A stretch of 64,000 nucleotides of DNA from Octopus sinensis (lineage: Eukaryota). Position numbers and translations under genes: made by a program. Location of the stretch: NCBI RefSeq assembly GCF_006345805.1, contig NC_042998.1, positions 204,600,001 to 204,664,000 of the forward strand, in the 5' to 3' direction. Shown in pieces: positions 25,608-40,122 of the stretch; the stretch's first letter is position 1, and every line of letters begins with the position of its first letter. Under the pieces are notes generated by a model, which saw only the letters and a list, made by a program, of their open reading frames with translations, was not told the origin of the DNA and ran no database searches.

Positions 25608-25990
25608 CTAGCAGTATCGCCGGCGTTGCTCGGGTTTGTTTCGACCCTTTAGAATGGGAATTTTTAAAAAGGAAAAATTTTGCTTTATGTAGCTTGTTAT
25701 TCTCTTTAAGGGAACATTTTTCTGGTTGAAATACACCGAAAAATGGCGATACAGCAGTAAAAAAAATCGTGAAAAATAGGGATTTTCATAGAAAAAAAGC
25801 ACATTTTTGATGTAAATAATTTTTGGTGTTAACATGGTCCGATTTGAATTTTTACTTCTGCGGAATGAAGAGCAAGCTTTCTTCTATCGTACTCTCAATT
25901 TTGGTCAACTTGCGCCGCAGGGTCTCGGAGGAGATAGTGTTAGTTGAAGGCTACCATACACAGACAACTTCAGCTTTATATAGAGAGAGA
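25608..25990 (-). mobile_element. Non-autonomous Helitron
   Basis: 5' A|TCTCTCTCTATATAAAG at 25990; 3' cccgagcaacgccggcgatactgCTAG|T at 25608; 3' portion homologous to 6613-6840. Confidence 0.8.
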
Positions 25991-26078
25991 TTTAGCAAAA
26001 TCACGGAAACGGTACTTAAATGACTGTTGCACTAACTTTTTTTTCAGTATTTTCTGGAAAAACAAAAAACAAATATAT

Positions 26079-26151
<73 letters not shown>

Positions 26152-26160
26152 ATATATATG

Positions 26161-26377
26161 CGTGTGTGTGTCTGTGTGTCTGTGTTTGTCCCCCTAGCAT
26201 TGCTTGACAACCGATGCTGGTGTGTTTATGTCCCCGTTACTTAGCGGTTCGGCAAAAGAGACCGATAGGATAAGTACTGGGCTTACAAAAGAATAAGTCC
26301 TGGGGTCGAGTTGCTCGATTAAAGGCGGTGCTCCAGCATGGCCGCAGTCAAATGACTGAAACAAGTAAAAGAGTAAA

Positions 26378-26380
<3 letters not shown>
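26161..26380 (+). mobile_element. Family B SINE, 3' half
   Basis: tttgtccccctagcattgcttgacaaccg...ccagcatggccgcagtcaaatgactgaaacaagtaaaag. Confidence 0.85.
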
Positions 26381-26470
<90 letters not shown>

Positions 26471-26856
26471 TATATACATACGTGCATATATACATACATG
26501 CTTACACCTACACGTATATATATAAATATATATGCGGGCACAGCACGTCATGAAACGTGTGTCCTGTGCCCACATGCTTATATATACGTATAGATGTATG
26601 TACATATACATATGTATATATGCACATATATATTATTTATATTATATATAGACACACACACATATATACACACATACATACATACATAAATATATATATA
26701 TATGTTTGTTGAAATGGAAAGATGAATTATCTTGTTACGGATTATTCAAATGTTTAACCGATACCTGGGTAGCAAAAATCACAGCAGAAAAAACACGGTT
26801 GTAGATAAGACCATATGGTTATGCAACCGTGCGTTGGTGCGGATAATTGAAGTTTA

Positions 26857-27331
26857 ATATAATTAGTGAATGGAAGAAATGGAGTTGAACGAAGATTGTA
26901 CAGAATTCCTTTTATTACATTCTACACATGTTTCAAAGGCCACAATTTTCCAAATTCTGATTAAATAAGGATACCATATTGCAGCTTTCTCTTCAGGAAA
27001 AACCAGGAATTACGTTGTCAGAACAAAACAAAACAGAGGCGCAGCAAAGCAATTCGAACGAGGACGCTCCTTAAGAGCCCATGGGTAAAACGTACATTGA
27101 TAAACATTTTACCCATGGGCTCTTAAGGAGCGTCCTCGTTCGAATTGCTTTGCTGCGCCTCTGTTTTGTTTTGTTCTGACAACGTAATTCCTGGTTTTTC
27201 CTGAAGAGAAAGCTGCAATACGGTATCCTTATTTAATCAGAATTTGGAAAATTGTGGCCTTTGAAACATGTGTAGAATGTAATAAAAGGAATTCTGTACA
27301 ATCTTCGTTCAACTCCATTTCTTCCATTCAC

Positions 27332-27340
<9 letters not shown>
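26857..27340. repeat. Near-perfect palindrome (234-bp arms, 16-nt spacer), probably an inverted Penelope-type terminal repeat
   Basis: 26857-27090 is the reverse complement of 27107-27340; one mismatch seen by eye (gataccatattg vs caatacggtatc). Each arm carries CTGAAGA...GAAACATGTGTA and AATAAA before an AT tail. Confidence 0.9.
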
Positions 27341-28339
<999 letters not shown>

Positions 28340-29173
28340 CATACATATATGTATACACACTCATATATACAGATATATGTATACATATATATGTGTGTGT
28401 CTGCATATGTTCGTATGTGTATAGATAGACTGACAGAAGCAGAAGGCAGACAGACGGACTGAGACAACAGACAAACAGGCAGATAAATACATAGAGACCC
28501 TCATAGACAGTCAAATAGATAGATTAATGGATTGAGAGAGAGAGGGGAGGGAAGAGAAGGAGAGGGAAGAGAAGGAGAGGAAGAGAGAACAGACAGGCAG
28601 ACAGACTGATTGACAGTTTGATAATTAGAAAATGATATTCAACGATTTAACTAAACGGTTGTCTATGAACGTTTCTAAACAAACTTCTCTCAGAAATCAA
28701 TATTTGGTATCGATTCTTCATTTCTAATACTTCCTTCTTTCATTCAATTCCATTCTGCCAGTGTTTTTAGCCGGAGGCACCAAAGGTGTAAACCATTTCC
28801 ACGTCAGTGTTTTATTGCCAAACATGGCACCAGCTATTTCAGTCCCTATTCTCATAACCTTTCAATAACCCCTTGTTTTGGCAACCACAAACCTTTCTTT
28901 TATGAGGAGACTCCATTCTCTAATTAAAACCACAAAACGCTTTTACTCGGCGGCGTTAGTTGCTGGAAATAAACTTTTCTATTAAACTTCTTGTATTCGA
29001 ACCGGCGAAGAAAGCCGTGCCTAGCCGCGCGACCTGCAAGAAAAAGTAGCCAAACTTCACTCAAATCACAATCCATTGTCTCAAAGAAGACAAAAAATAT
29101 TCGCTAATGCAATCCTAGATATGTTTAAAATAAAGAGCGAGGTGGTCAAGGCTGGAATGGCTTTTCGATTATA

Positions 29174-30944
29174 CAAGGTAGTATCAAAAAGATTCCGAAC
29201 TAATTTTGCAGCTCGCCAACAGATGGCAGCAGACAGTTACGTGCGCAGTGAACTTCATGAGGCAGGGTGCCGGGTGACATTGCTGTGTTTACTTCACAAG
29301 TTGTGAAATTTGTGTTTTTGTGATCACGTGTGTCTGCCGTAATCTACGATTTTGTCATGGACAGGAACAAAGAGCCAACGTGGAATTTTGCGTTAAACTT
29401 GGGAAGTCTGCTACGGAGAAATTGAGCATATTTAGGCAAGTTTACGGCGACCAGGCAAGGGCCGCACGCTGCGTTTTGAGTGACATGAGCACTTGAAAAG
29501 CAGAAGAGCGTCCCTGGAAGATGAGGAGCGATCTGGAAAACCTGCCACGAACGTCACCCGCCGAAAATGTGATATTGTGCATCTGGAATTCAACCCTCCC
29601 AGGGCCAGACCATCAATTCCTCCCTCAGAGCCAGAACATCAATTCCTTCCCCAAGGCCAGACCATCAATTCCTCCCTCAGGGCCAGACCATCAATTTGTC
29701 CCCCAGGGCCAGACCATCAATTTGTCCCCTAGGACCAGACCATCAATTTGTCCCCCAGGGCCAGACCATCAATTTGTCCCCCAGGGCCAGACCATCAATT
29801 TGTCCCCTAGGACCAGACCATCAATTCCTCCCCCAGGGCCAGACCATCAATTTGTCCCCTAGGACCAGACCATCAATTCCTCCTCCAGAGTCAGACCATC
29901 AATTCCTCCCCCAGAGCCAGACCATCAATTCCTCCCCCAGAGCCAGACCATCAATTTGTCCCCCAGGGCCAGACCATCAATTTATCCCCCAGGGCCAGAC
30001 CATCAATTTGTCCCCTAGGACCAGACCATCAATTCCTCCCCCAGGGCCAGACCATCAATTTGTCCCCTAGGACCAAACCATCAATTCCTCTCCCAGAGCC
30101 AGACCATCAATTCCTCTCCCAGAGCCAGACCATCAATTCCTCCCCCAGGGCCAGACCATCAATTTGTCCCCCAGGGCCAGACCATCAATTTGTCCCCCAG
30201 GGCCAGACCATCAATTTGTCCCCCAGGGCCAGCCCATCAATTCCTCCCCCAGGGAAAGACCATCAATTCCTCCCCCAGGGCAAGACCATCAATTTGTCCC
30301 CCAGGGCCAGACCATCAATTCCTCCCCCAGAGCCAGACCATTAATTCATACCCCAGGGCCAGCCCATCAATTCCTCCCCCAGAGCCAAACCATCAATTTG
30401 TCCCCCAGGGCCAAACCATCAATTCCTCCTCCAGAGCCAGACCATCAATTTGTCCCCCAGGGCCAGGCAGTCAATCGAGAGTTCTACAGCAACATTTTGA
30501 AGTGTCTGAGGGAGGACATTCAGCGAAGGCGACCGGATGTGTGGAGCGTGAAGAATTGGATTGTTCACGACGACAATGCACCCCGTCACTGACCCCCTCC
30601 TCGCTCGTGCGTTTCTTGCTAAAAACAACAAGGTGTCGCTCCTGCACCCATCCTAATCACCAGGTTTTGCACCTGTGGAGTTCCGTCTCTTCCCCAAAAT
30701 GAAAATGCAGCTGAAAGGTCACCGTTTTAACACTGTTGTCGTGATTCCGAGCAAATCGCAAAAGGTCCTCGACTCGCTTACGGAAAACGACTTCCAGGCT
30801 GGATTCCAAAAGTGGCAAGAACGCTGGGACCTGTGTGTTGCTGCGTAAGGTGACTATTTCGTAGGAGATGATGCTAAAACTGAGGTAAACAATTTTTTTA
30901 AAATTTAAGTATAACTAGTTCTGAAACCTTTTGATACCACCTCG
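29174..30944 (+). mobile_element. Mariner (Tc1/mariner, D34D-type) DNA transposon, defective
   Basis: TA|caaggtagtatcaaaaagattccgaacta ... tagttctgaaaccttttgataccacctcg|TA (29-bp TIRs, TA TSD). Remnants EQRANVEFCVKLGKSATE, SLEDEERSGKP, PQGQAVNREFY, WIVHDDNAPRH, SPGFAPVEFRLFPKMKMQLKGHRF. Confidence 0.9.
29595..30470 (+). repeat. 26-bp minisatellite inside the mariner transposase, ~33 units
   Basis: Unit ccagggccagaccatcaat(ttgtcc/tcctcc)c. Confidence 0.95.
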
Positions 30945-31765
30945 TAAGTTAGTTTGATTATGTTGGCCCAGAGGCTAAACAATAACAAAAATAACTAGCA
31001 TTCTAGTTGGCGTAGGAGCACGCATGTAAAAATGTGTGTATACACATATATATGTCACAAACGTTCCATATCTAGCAACCGTTAATTAATTGTTATCCTA
31101 GCCGAATAAGATTATCCATGAAGTCAATCAAGAAATATGAATATGTAATTACCATTAACTGTAAACCCCAAAACATGTTCAACCTTACGAGAATGATCCG
31201 TAACTCAGAATAATGAAACCCCACGACGTAAAAGACTCGCAAACAAGCATATCAAACATACATTCCCATCTTCAGCTGCCAAGTGAATAGCATTATGGCT
31301 TTGACACCCGGGAAGTATCATTCAATCCGAATGTGCCAACAGAGTTAAAAATATAAACGCTGCCTAGGAATCAATGGACAAGCAACAGGAGCGAAACATT
31401 CAAAGAAGTGATGAAATATTTATTCCGTTTGCTGACACCTGTTTCGTAATCCGTATCCAGTTAGATCAGCGATGGTAAAACGTCCAACACACATGTAAAT
31501 ATGCATATACGTGCACATATATAATTGTGTTGTAACAGAATGAATCAGATTTCTCTTCAGAACGTTTCATGAGCAATAAACATCTCTGCTAAATTTAGTG
31601 AGATTGTCTCATTACATAAGATTTGACTCGATGCGTATCTGGTAAGCTTCTCTACGTCACAGATTCGAGATTGCTCGTATTTGGAACATACTAAGAACTC
31701 GAAATAAGCGGAGGAATAGAATCAAAAGATAAATGCGATGAAATAAAACATAAAGTAATTAGACA

Positions 31766-32339
31766 TCATACACAGAGATACAAAGGATGAATCTATTTTC
31801 CCCTTTTATTAAAAAGTCAAACTTGTTTCAATTACGCAAAAGATATTGAGAAAAAACTTATGCATTTTCAAACTTTTCTCAATATTGTTCGTGTGTGTGT
31901 GTGTGTGTGCACGAAATTTCGACTGTGGAGCACCAAAGCATTTAAAAATAAAACAATAAAAGCGTAAAGAGTAAAAGAAAAAAATAATGTAAGAAAATAA
32001 TAAGAAAAAAAAAGCGCAGACGAGGCTGTGTGGAAAGAGGTTTGCTCCCCAACCCCATGGGTCTGAGTTAAGACCCCATGCGTGGCACCTTGGGCATATA
32101 TCTTCTATTATAGCAGCGGGCCGACCAAAGCTTTGTGAGTGAATTTGGTAGACGGAAACTGAAAGAAGCTCGTCCTATATGCGCGCGCGCGTACACACAC
32201 ACATGAAAAATATTGAGAAAAAGTTGAAAATGCATAAGTTTTTTCTCAATATCCATATATATCTTTTGGGCAATTAAAACAAGTTTAACTTTATAATAAA
32301 AGGAGAAAATAGATTTATTCTATGTATCTCTGTGTATGA
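31766..32339. mobile_element. MITE-like element with ~140-bp imperfect inverted arms; centre holds (GT)n and a family B SINE head (32012-32172, +)
   Basis: tcatacacagagataca...ttatgcattttcaaacttttctcaatatt mirrored by aatattgagaaaaagttgaaaatgcataa...tgtatctctgtgtatga. Confidence 0.6.
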
Positions 32340-32639
32340 AAATGAAAATACAGAACTACATTGTAGCTACATCATACAAATGCTTTTGTATTATATAGTT
32401 TAACTGAAAAAATATTGGTTTGCGTATTCCTAAGTTTGGCTTAAATAAACAAGTGAAAAGGACAGAAAGAAAGGATCACGTGTTACTTTGAGTCTTCTGT
32501 ATAGAAAAAGGTTTTAGTGTATACTAGCACTATGACCGGGCAACTCCGGGTCATAGTGCTAGTGCATGCATATACAGCTGCGTGTGTGCGCACATACACG
32601 CGAGTACTGTCCAAATCTCCGACCAATCACATACAGCTA

Positions 32640-32790
32640 GCAGTGCGTAAATGGTACTTAATTTATCGACCCCGAAAGGATGAAAGGCAAAGTCAACCTC
32701 GGCAGAATTTGAACTCAGAACGTAATGGCAGACGAAATACGGCTACGCATTTCGCCCGACGTGCTAACGATTCTGCCAGCTCGCCGCCTT
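32640..32790 (-). mobile_element. Family A SINE, 5' portion
   Basis: Reverse complement of aaggcggcgagctggcagaatcgttagcacg...gggtcgataaattaagtacc. Confidence 0.8.
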
Positions 32791-32804
32791 TTATAAAATA
32801 AAAT

Positions 32805-33530
32805 ACCATTAGCACCTGATTGGGAAGCAGTTCACTGTGAGCCGTTGGCAGAGAGCGTTTGATCTCGTGTAACAGTAATCGCATGAATATTTTCTTTTCC
32901 TCTGCTTCGTTAAGTTATTTATTCAACACCAAGATATAAAAGTGGCGACGAGTTATTCGAAGCTTGCATTGGACGTTTAGAATTTTTTATTTTTTTTATT
33001 ACTAAACCAAAGAAAAATCGTTTTAACATGGAAGATTTATTGAACCCCGTTGTGTGGTTGTAACAGCAACAACTACAACAGCAACAAAACCAACAGTCGC
33101 TGGAATTAATGTTGAAGAAGACAAAATACTGCAGGTTCTTACACGCCAGACAGCGTAGCAAATTCATTTGAAGAATTCAGCTGTAATCCAGAAGAAGGCA
33201 TTACCTTCTCTGCATATTTTCGAAGATACTAAGAAATCTTCAAAGAAGAATGTAAAAATTGGTCTGAGAAGGAAAAAGTACAACTACTTTTAAGAGAATT
33301 ATCCCCTGCCGAACCCGAAAAAACAGTAATTATATTCCGCTGAAGAAACCAGGTGAGATTTGTTTCAATGAAACAATTTTTTATCAAAACATTTCAGTGA
33401 AAGACGTTTCCTGTTCAGTACTTGCTGGCAGTGTTTAAATTTGGTCAAAAAAGATGATGAAGATTTCCTCCCCTAAGCCGAAGTTGTAAACAGAGAGAGA
33501 GAAAACTTCAAATTTTCTACTTTTAACTAT
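32805..33530 (+). mobile_element. Gypsy-type LTR retrotransposon remnant: LTR end, PBS-like site and decayed gag
   Basis: TGGCGACGAG at 32943-32952 (PBS-like); ATG at 33028; frame PDSVANSFEEFSCNPEEGITFSAYFRRY*EIFKEECKNWSEKEKVQLLLREL resembles invertebrate Gypsy gag. Confidence 0.6.
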
Positions 33531-33719
33531 TAGAAGTTTACTTGTGAAGAAAGACCTGGTTTCTAACAAAGTTATAAACCTCCATCATTGGAATCTACAC
33601 AACAAAAACAAATTCACGTTTTGAATTCAAGAGAAGTCTCACACATTTCAACCGTTTCGCTTAAAAAGTGTATTTGTATTGTGCGAATTAACTATTGGAT
33701 TTCTTTTTCTGGAAATCTC

Positions 33720-34960
33720 AGCTTATTCACATCATCATTTAAGCAGAAAATAGCAACCTGATTTGTATCACTGTTTTATCGATTTTACAAAGGCCTTTGA
33801 CACTGTACATAAGTCAACTCTTTGGGGGTATCCTTTTCAAGGTGTGTCTGGAAATGTTCACAGGGCTCAATCGATCTCATCAGGACAAGCTGAGAGCATA
33901 GGTTTGCATCAACAGTGAACTACTTGAAACCATCTCAGTTGAATCTGATGTTGAACAGGGTGATCTCTTAGCTTCTACATTGTTTGCCATCTTCTTCGCT
34001 ATTGATATCTTGCGAACCTTTGCACATAACGATGCTGGTATCCACATCTGTTACCACACGACAGGAAAGCTTTTCAGCATCGGTCGTTTGACTGCAGTAA
34101 CAAAACCTTTCATAATTCTCATTCGTCGTCTGCTTTATATTGATGACTGCAATCTACTCCACACTGAAGAACACCCGCAATTTCTGGTGGACTTCTTTCC
34201 AGCCGCCTGTGATGAGTTAGGACTTCCGATCCCTTTTAAGAAGACCGTCGTCATGACACAACCAGCGCCAGGAAAGCCCTGTTTCTCACCATCGATAAAT
34301 GTCAAGAGTAAAAACTTAAAAGTTGTGAATTCGTTTGTCTACCTTGACCACACACTATTGAGATTTGATACACTCGACGAGGAGGTCAATAATAGACTTT
34401 CTAAAGCCTGGGATGCACTTGGAAAGCTTGAATCGAGGCTCTGGTCACAATTGGACATCAGAGCAACAACAAAAGTTGCGGTCTATCAATCATTGTCTTA
34501 ACAGCATTGTTGAATGGATGTGATGCCTGAAGATCCAACCCGCAAATATATCCAGGGTGTCGAGCGACAGCACTAGCGATGCTTCCGTATTGTCCTGAAG
34601 ATGTCATGGCGATGTCATGTGCCTGATACGAGAGTATTGGTGTTAAAGAGTTTAAGAGCAACAGGCTGCACACTTTGAATTGAAACATACTGATAAGTGC
34701 ATGGAAGATGTGAACCTTCTTCCTGAGAAGGGCACGAAAGGGACTCTTTTTGCGTGTGACCAGTGTGGTCGTGTTTGCTTTTCAAAGACTGGCCTACTTT
34801 GTCGTAAGTATGGTCACAGAAATGCCCCCGTCTGTCAACGTGATGTCCAGTATGATCTCTCATGCACCTTGTGTAACAGAGGGTGTGGGATGGCCCGTGA
34901 ATACACTCACCATTGTCAGTCCCAACATCCAAAGTCGGGCTGTTGTTGGATGGCTGACTT
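33720..34960 (+). mobile_element. RTE (BovB-like) LINE RT/C-terminal remnant
   Basis: FIDFTKAFDTV, QGDLLASTLFAIFF, LLYIDDC, FVYLDHTL..DTLDEEVNNRLSKA, TTKVAVY; C-terminal CDQCGRVCFSKTGLLC. Confidence 0.8.
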
Positions 34961-35599
34961 GTGGCTGGCCTGGAATGACTTGTAAAATGGAAAAAGGGGC
35001 CTTGCACGTGGCCACTTCCATTTGCTGGCTTTAGAAACCGTATGAGACGACATCAGCGATGAGGAGACCGAATTCAAGGGATTTTCTTGAGTGAAATGGA
35101 TCCAAAAAGTGATCTTATTCAATCACGAGACGATTTCTACTGTGTGTGTATGTGTGTATGTATGTGTGTATGTGTGTGTCATGTATGTATTTATGTATGT
35201 ATTGTGTATGTATGTGTGTATGTATGTATGTATGTATGTATGTATGTATGTATGTATGTATGTATGTATGTATGTGTGTATGTGTGTATGTATGTATGTA
35301 TGTATGTATGCATGCATGTATGTATGTATGTATGTATGTGTGTATGTATGTGTATGCATTTTGTATTATATATGTGTGTGTATGCACGCGCGTATGTGTG
35401 TGTGTGTATCCTTTAGATATGTAGTAAGTCTTGCAACGGGACCAGTTCTGAAACCCTTAGAAGGTACCAGTCAACGCTCCACAGCAACAAACATTTCCGT
35501 CAGAGATTGAGTCAGTCAGTAGACTCTTGAACAACTCTTAGCAACCTTATCTTGGAACTGCGCTGCTCACCCCACCCCGTCGGGAAAGGACCTAGTTTT

Positions 35600-37060
35600 G
35601 TTCTTAGACAGCAAATCTCTCCTTCCACCATAATAATGGTGGAAGGCTAAAACATGAAATAATATTCATGGTTATCAAGTGGAATCCAGGGCCATTGCTT
35701 GACAAACTCATCCTAATGTTCTGCAGATGTGAAGTGCTACAGGGTGGATACTGTTTGATGTAGGGAGATCTGCTAACTTGGAGAGGTCTCTGTTAGTGAG
35801 GCGAGTGAAAGTTATATCTTCTTGTGGAATGGTACACACTGAAGATGGCTATCACTTCTATAGTATCGGATTTACTGCAAGAAAGAATCTGCTGCCAAAA
35901 TTAACCGAGACATTGGTTGGCATCATGGTTAATGCTATTTCTATTCCTCTTCTCTGAGCGGCCTCTGTGTCACGTTATGGACTGTCTACGAACCACTTCA
36001 ACCATCTGATAGTCAGGACAAAGACCATTTCTACCATTAGCTCAGGTTCGGATTGCGATACCAAAATACGACTCCGACGTCTGGCAGCTGACTTGGCAGA
36101 CACTCATAAAATAAATTATTAACCATCTTACAAACAATAACTCTGAGCACCTTTCCAAACTCCACCTGTCTAACACCCGTGGACATGTTTACAAAGTCAG
36201 AAAACAGCACAGCTCCTTCCATGACTTTCGGAAACATTTTTTCACGCTAAGAGTTGCTGAAGCATGGAACAAACTGCCGGCATCATTTGTTAGTTGTCGG
36301 AGCACTGCATCCTTCAAAACTTCCATGCTTCCTGAGATTCGCCAACACTACACCTGATTTCCTCCCCTCCATACACACACGCAAGCATGGATCTGACTCA
36401 TACACTGTTCGCTTTCCAGACATTTGTACATTACTGCATATGCTTTATACGCACTTTTGACAAGTTGTGGGGCACCTGAGCACTGTATACAATAATTTCA
36501 TTTTTATTATTATTATTACAAAGTCATCCAAATAGAAAGGGGAAAAAAACGAACAAAACAATCTGGAATCGAAACAATGATGATGGTGTTCGGAAAACTA
36601 ACAGCAATAGCACCTGACCGATCTCTCTTCGTGTGAAGAACACAAATTCACAATTCCCAATACCAACTTCCAGAAGAACCGCATGAATAAGTCCCAAATA
36701 TATACACAGGTATGATATCGTAATCAGGTGAATAGACGTCAAAGATGTTCCGCTCATCCTAGCAATGGAGAGATCTGAGTGTTGGATGATGGACCATATC
36801 GTCATCCTAAAAAAAAAACAGGCCATACCACAGCTGTGCCCCTTACGATGCTCAAAAATACCAAACACCAAGTCCGCTTCAATTGCTGTTGTTCTGACAT
36901 TAATAACAACCTTCGTCTGTCAAAATGAAAGTTTCCTCATTTCAGCGACTGGAATGGATGAAGAGTGGCTCGCTTTATGTTCCACATTCTTTGGTGATGT
37001 TGAAACCATTGATGAAAACAAAGAAAAGAAAACAAGACTGGTTTGATAAGAACTTTGGTA
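35600..37060 (+). mobile_element. Highly decayed RTE (BovB-like) endonuclease/linker region, interrupted by a CR1 fragment
   Basis: YIFLWNG...GFTA (35810-35880); DVKDVPLILAMERSECWMMDH (36735-36800); KRKQDWFDKN (37020-37055), resembling BovB-type 'RKHQDWFDEN'. Confidence 0.5.
36010..36520 (+). mobile_element. CR1-clade LINE 3' end
   Basis: RKHFFTLRVAEAWNKLPASFVSCRSTASFKTSM C-terminal motif, then a 3' UTR ending in (tta)n. Confidence 0.7.
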
Positions 37061-37249
37061 CGAGTTTGTTGGTTTCTGAATAAACAAAGACAGGGGCCCA
37101 CAGACCAGCCCTGGACACACTCACGCACCAACAGCGGCGAGTTCCACGCAGTGGAACTCACTCTACTCAGACAGCCACTGTACTTGAATCTTTGTACTTT
37201 CATTTATAAATAAAACACTTTACACAACAGGGAAGTACTCTAATTCAAC

Positions 37250-38400
37250 ATAACCAGATCCAGTCACGTCAAATAGTAATAGTAGGCATCTGTCGGTGTC
37301 AAGAGGCCAAAAAACATCATGCCAGCTGCTGATGGTGGTGCAACTTCCGTTGTGGCTGTAGAGGCCCACACGGGAGGGGCAGTTAGGCATACTTTGACTG
37401 CATTGGAAGCAGTTCTCTGCTGGTGCTACAGGTTTTTCATTTTGTTGAGTGTGCTTTTCTTTGGTGGCGACTTCCTGTTTCTCTTCATTTCCTTTTCCGG
37501 TGTTTGCCTCCAGTGTGGGCGATCATTTGCGACCTCCTCCCATCTCGGGACGTCCAGATCAAGCGACTTCATATCGTTCGTGCAGACGCCCTTGAAAAGA
37601 AGACGAAGTCGTCCTCGTACTCTTGTGCCGTGGCCAATTCCCCATTCAGAGGATATTCTGGGATCCTTCCTTTTGGCATGCGATGAACATGGCTGAGCCA
37701 GCGCAAACGACGCTACTGGAGCTAGATGTGTATACTGAGTATCTTGGCTCGATTGAGGACTTCGATGTTGGTGATATGGTCGGTCTACTTGATATCCAAG
37801 ATGCATCTCAAATTACGATGGTGAAAGACGTTGAGACGCCGCTCCTGTCTAGAGTAGAGGTTCCACGTCTCACTGACGTAAAGTAGCGTACGAAAGAAGC
37901 GCGCCTGATAGACTGCAATTTTGGTGTTTACAGCCAGTTTTTTGCTTTCCCAGATTCTCTTTGTGAGCCTGGAAAATGTGGAGGACGATTGTTCGATTCG
38001 CCTGTTGATGACCAGGGAGAGATCATCAGCGATGGTAGAGCCGAGATAGGTGAAATGATGCACTGCCTCCAGCTTGTAGTTGTTGATGGTGATGGAGGGG
38101 GTGTGATTGACCCTTTGACCCATTACTCGGGTCCCCTTCAGACTTGTAGTCAGGCGGAATTCCTGACAGGCCTTTTAGGGTTTGTCCACTTCAGAGGGCG
38201 CTGTCAGTGCTGCATCGTCTGCGAACAACATGGCGCGCCTCGGATTTTGCTTTCAGCCTCGACAGACTAAACAGTTTCCCGCTTGATCTGGTGTGGATGG
38301 AAATACCATCGGCTGATGTCCCAAATGCATGTTTCAGCATGACTGCAAAGAAAATACCAAATGGGGTGGGGGCGAACACACGGCCCTGTTTCACGCCACT
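37250..38400 (-). mobile_element. RTE (BovB-like) LINE RT/C-terminal remnant
   Basis: VKQGRVFAPTPFGIFF, HTRSSGKLFSLSRLKAK, FTYLGSTI...INRRIEQSSSTFSRL, TKIAVYQA...LLYVSETW. Confidence 0.85.
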
Positions 38401-38409
38401 ACATCAAAC

Positions 38410-38447
<38 letters not shown>

Positions 38448-39589
38448 TGTGTGTGTGTGTGTGCCTGTATGTATATGTGGGTAAATGGATACGAATATGG
38501 ACAGGTAGTTTTACAGATAGATAGGTACATAGGTAATATGGACAGACGGGCACAAACACACACATACAAATGAAGACTGAAACAGTTGGCCATATACACA
38601 CAGACACACACACACACACATACATACAAACACACACACACACAAACACAAACATACAAACACAAACATAGACACACACACGGACACACAAAGATACAAA
38701 CATGAACACACAAGCGCATGGAGAGGCAGAATACATACATACAAACGTGCACATATATATGTGCACACACACACACACACATGCTTGCATACATACATAC
38801 ATACATACATACATACATACATACATACATACATACATACATACATACATACATGCATACATACATACATACTTACATATGTGTACGCATACGCATGCGT
38901 GCAAAAAGAAAGAAAAAGAACGCAATTCCGATATCGGACAGAATCAACGACTCTTGAAAAAGGTTGCAAGTTACAACGAAAATTTTAATAAAAATAATTG
39001 AGTGGAAATCGGTGGAGTTTGTTAAATTAATAAGACACGAAAAGGGGATGACTTTCCCCAGATGTAATAATAATTAAAAAATCAGTTTAAGGGAAATAAC
39101 TCAAAAAAATGTATCAGAGTTAATTCCCTTGCCGTTTTATTTTTTTCCTACCTTCTTCTTGAATGATGTCTGCTCTGTCATCGAACCTCGGAGATGCACT
39201 TTTATTTTTCTAATGTTTTAAATGGTGATTCTTTAACCCTGGCAGCAACTCGTTTTTATCACCATTATGATCGGCACCATCATGCTCGTTCATTAGAATC
39301 ATTGTTAACAGAGTTCTTACTTTTGAAAATGGTAGTGGTAAGATGGTGGTGGTGGTGGTGAGCCTTGTGATTGTTATTTTTAACATGCATGCACACACGC
39401 GCGCGGGTATGCACCCACAGACACACAGACAAACACACACACACACACAAACACACACACAAACACACACAAACACACACAAAAACACACACACACTTAT
39501 ATACATACGTACGTGAAGACGTTGCCTCGGCCGGCGTAGGGGGTTAGCTTAGGAGACCCCATCCGGAACCTTTGACTAAAATGTCTACC

Positions 39590-40122
39590 TACAAGGCAGC
39601 AGAGCGTTGGATGGTCGTTGACTACGCTGGAGTTCATCCCCAGCATTGAAGCCACGCTACTGAAGTACCACCTCCGATGGGAAGGGCATGTCTCCAGAAT
39701 GGAGAACCATCGCCTTCCAAAGATTGTCCTGTTTGGCGAACTCTCTACCGGCCACAGAGTGAGAGGAGCTCCGAGGAAGCGCTACAAAGACTGCCTTAAG
39801 AAGTCTCTAACAGCATGTCATATTAACCACCAATGCTGGTCAGACCTGGCTGCGGACCGTGATGTCTGGCGCCACACGATCTTCAACGCAGACAGCAAGT
39901 TTGAGGAACAAAGAAGAGACGCACTTAAAGACAAGAGACGCAGGAGGAAGGCGTGAGCCGCCTCTGACACCACACCGGATGTTACCTTCGTCTGTGGACA
40001 CTGCTCATGGACCTGCCTTTCCCATATCGGACTTGTCAGTCATGAGCGTGCATGCACGCGACGTGGACAGCCTTCCTGATCTTCGTTCGCGAAGCCAAGC
40101 CATAATAATAATAATAATAATA

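Noticed and set aside
29493-30702. Overlapping PQGQTIN-repeat ORFs as a repeat protein, or the array as a CRISPR locus
   Set aside because: Head-to-tail 26-bp units with no unique spacers inside a dead mariner; eukaryotic context and no cas genes.
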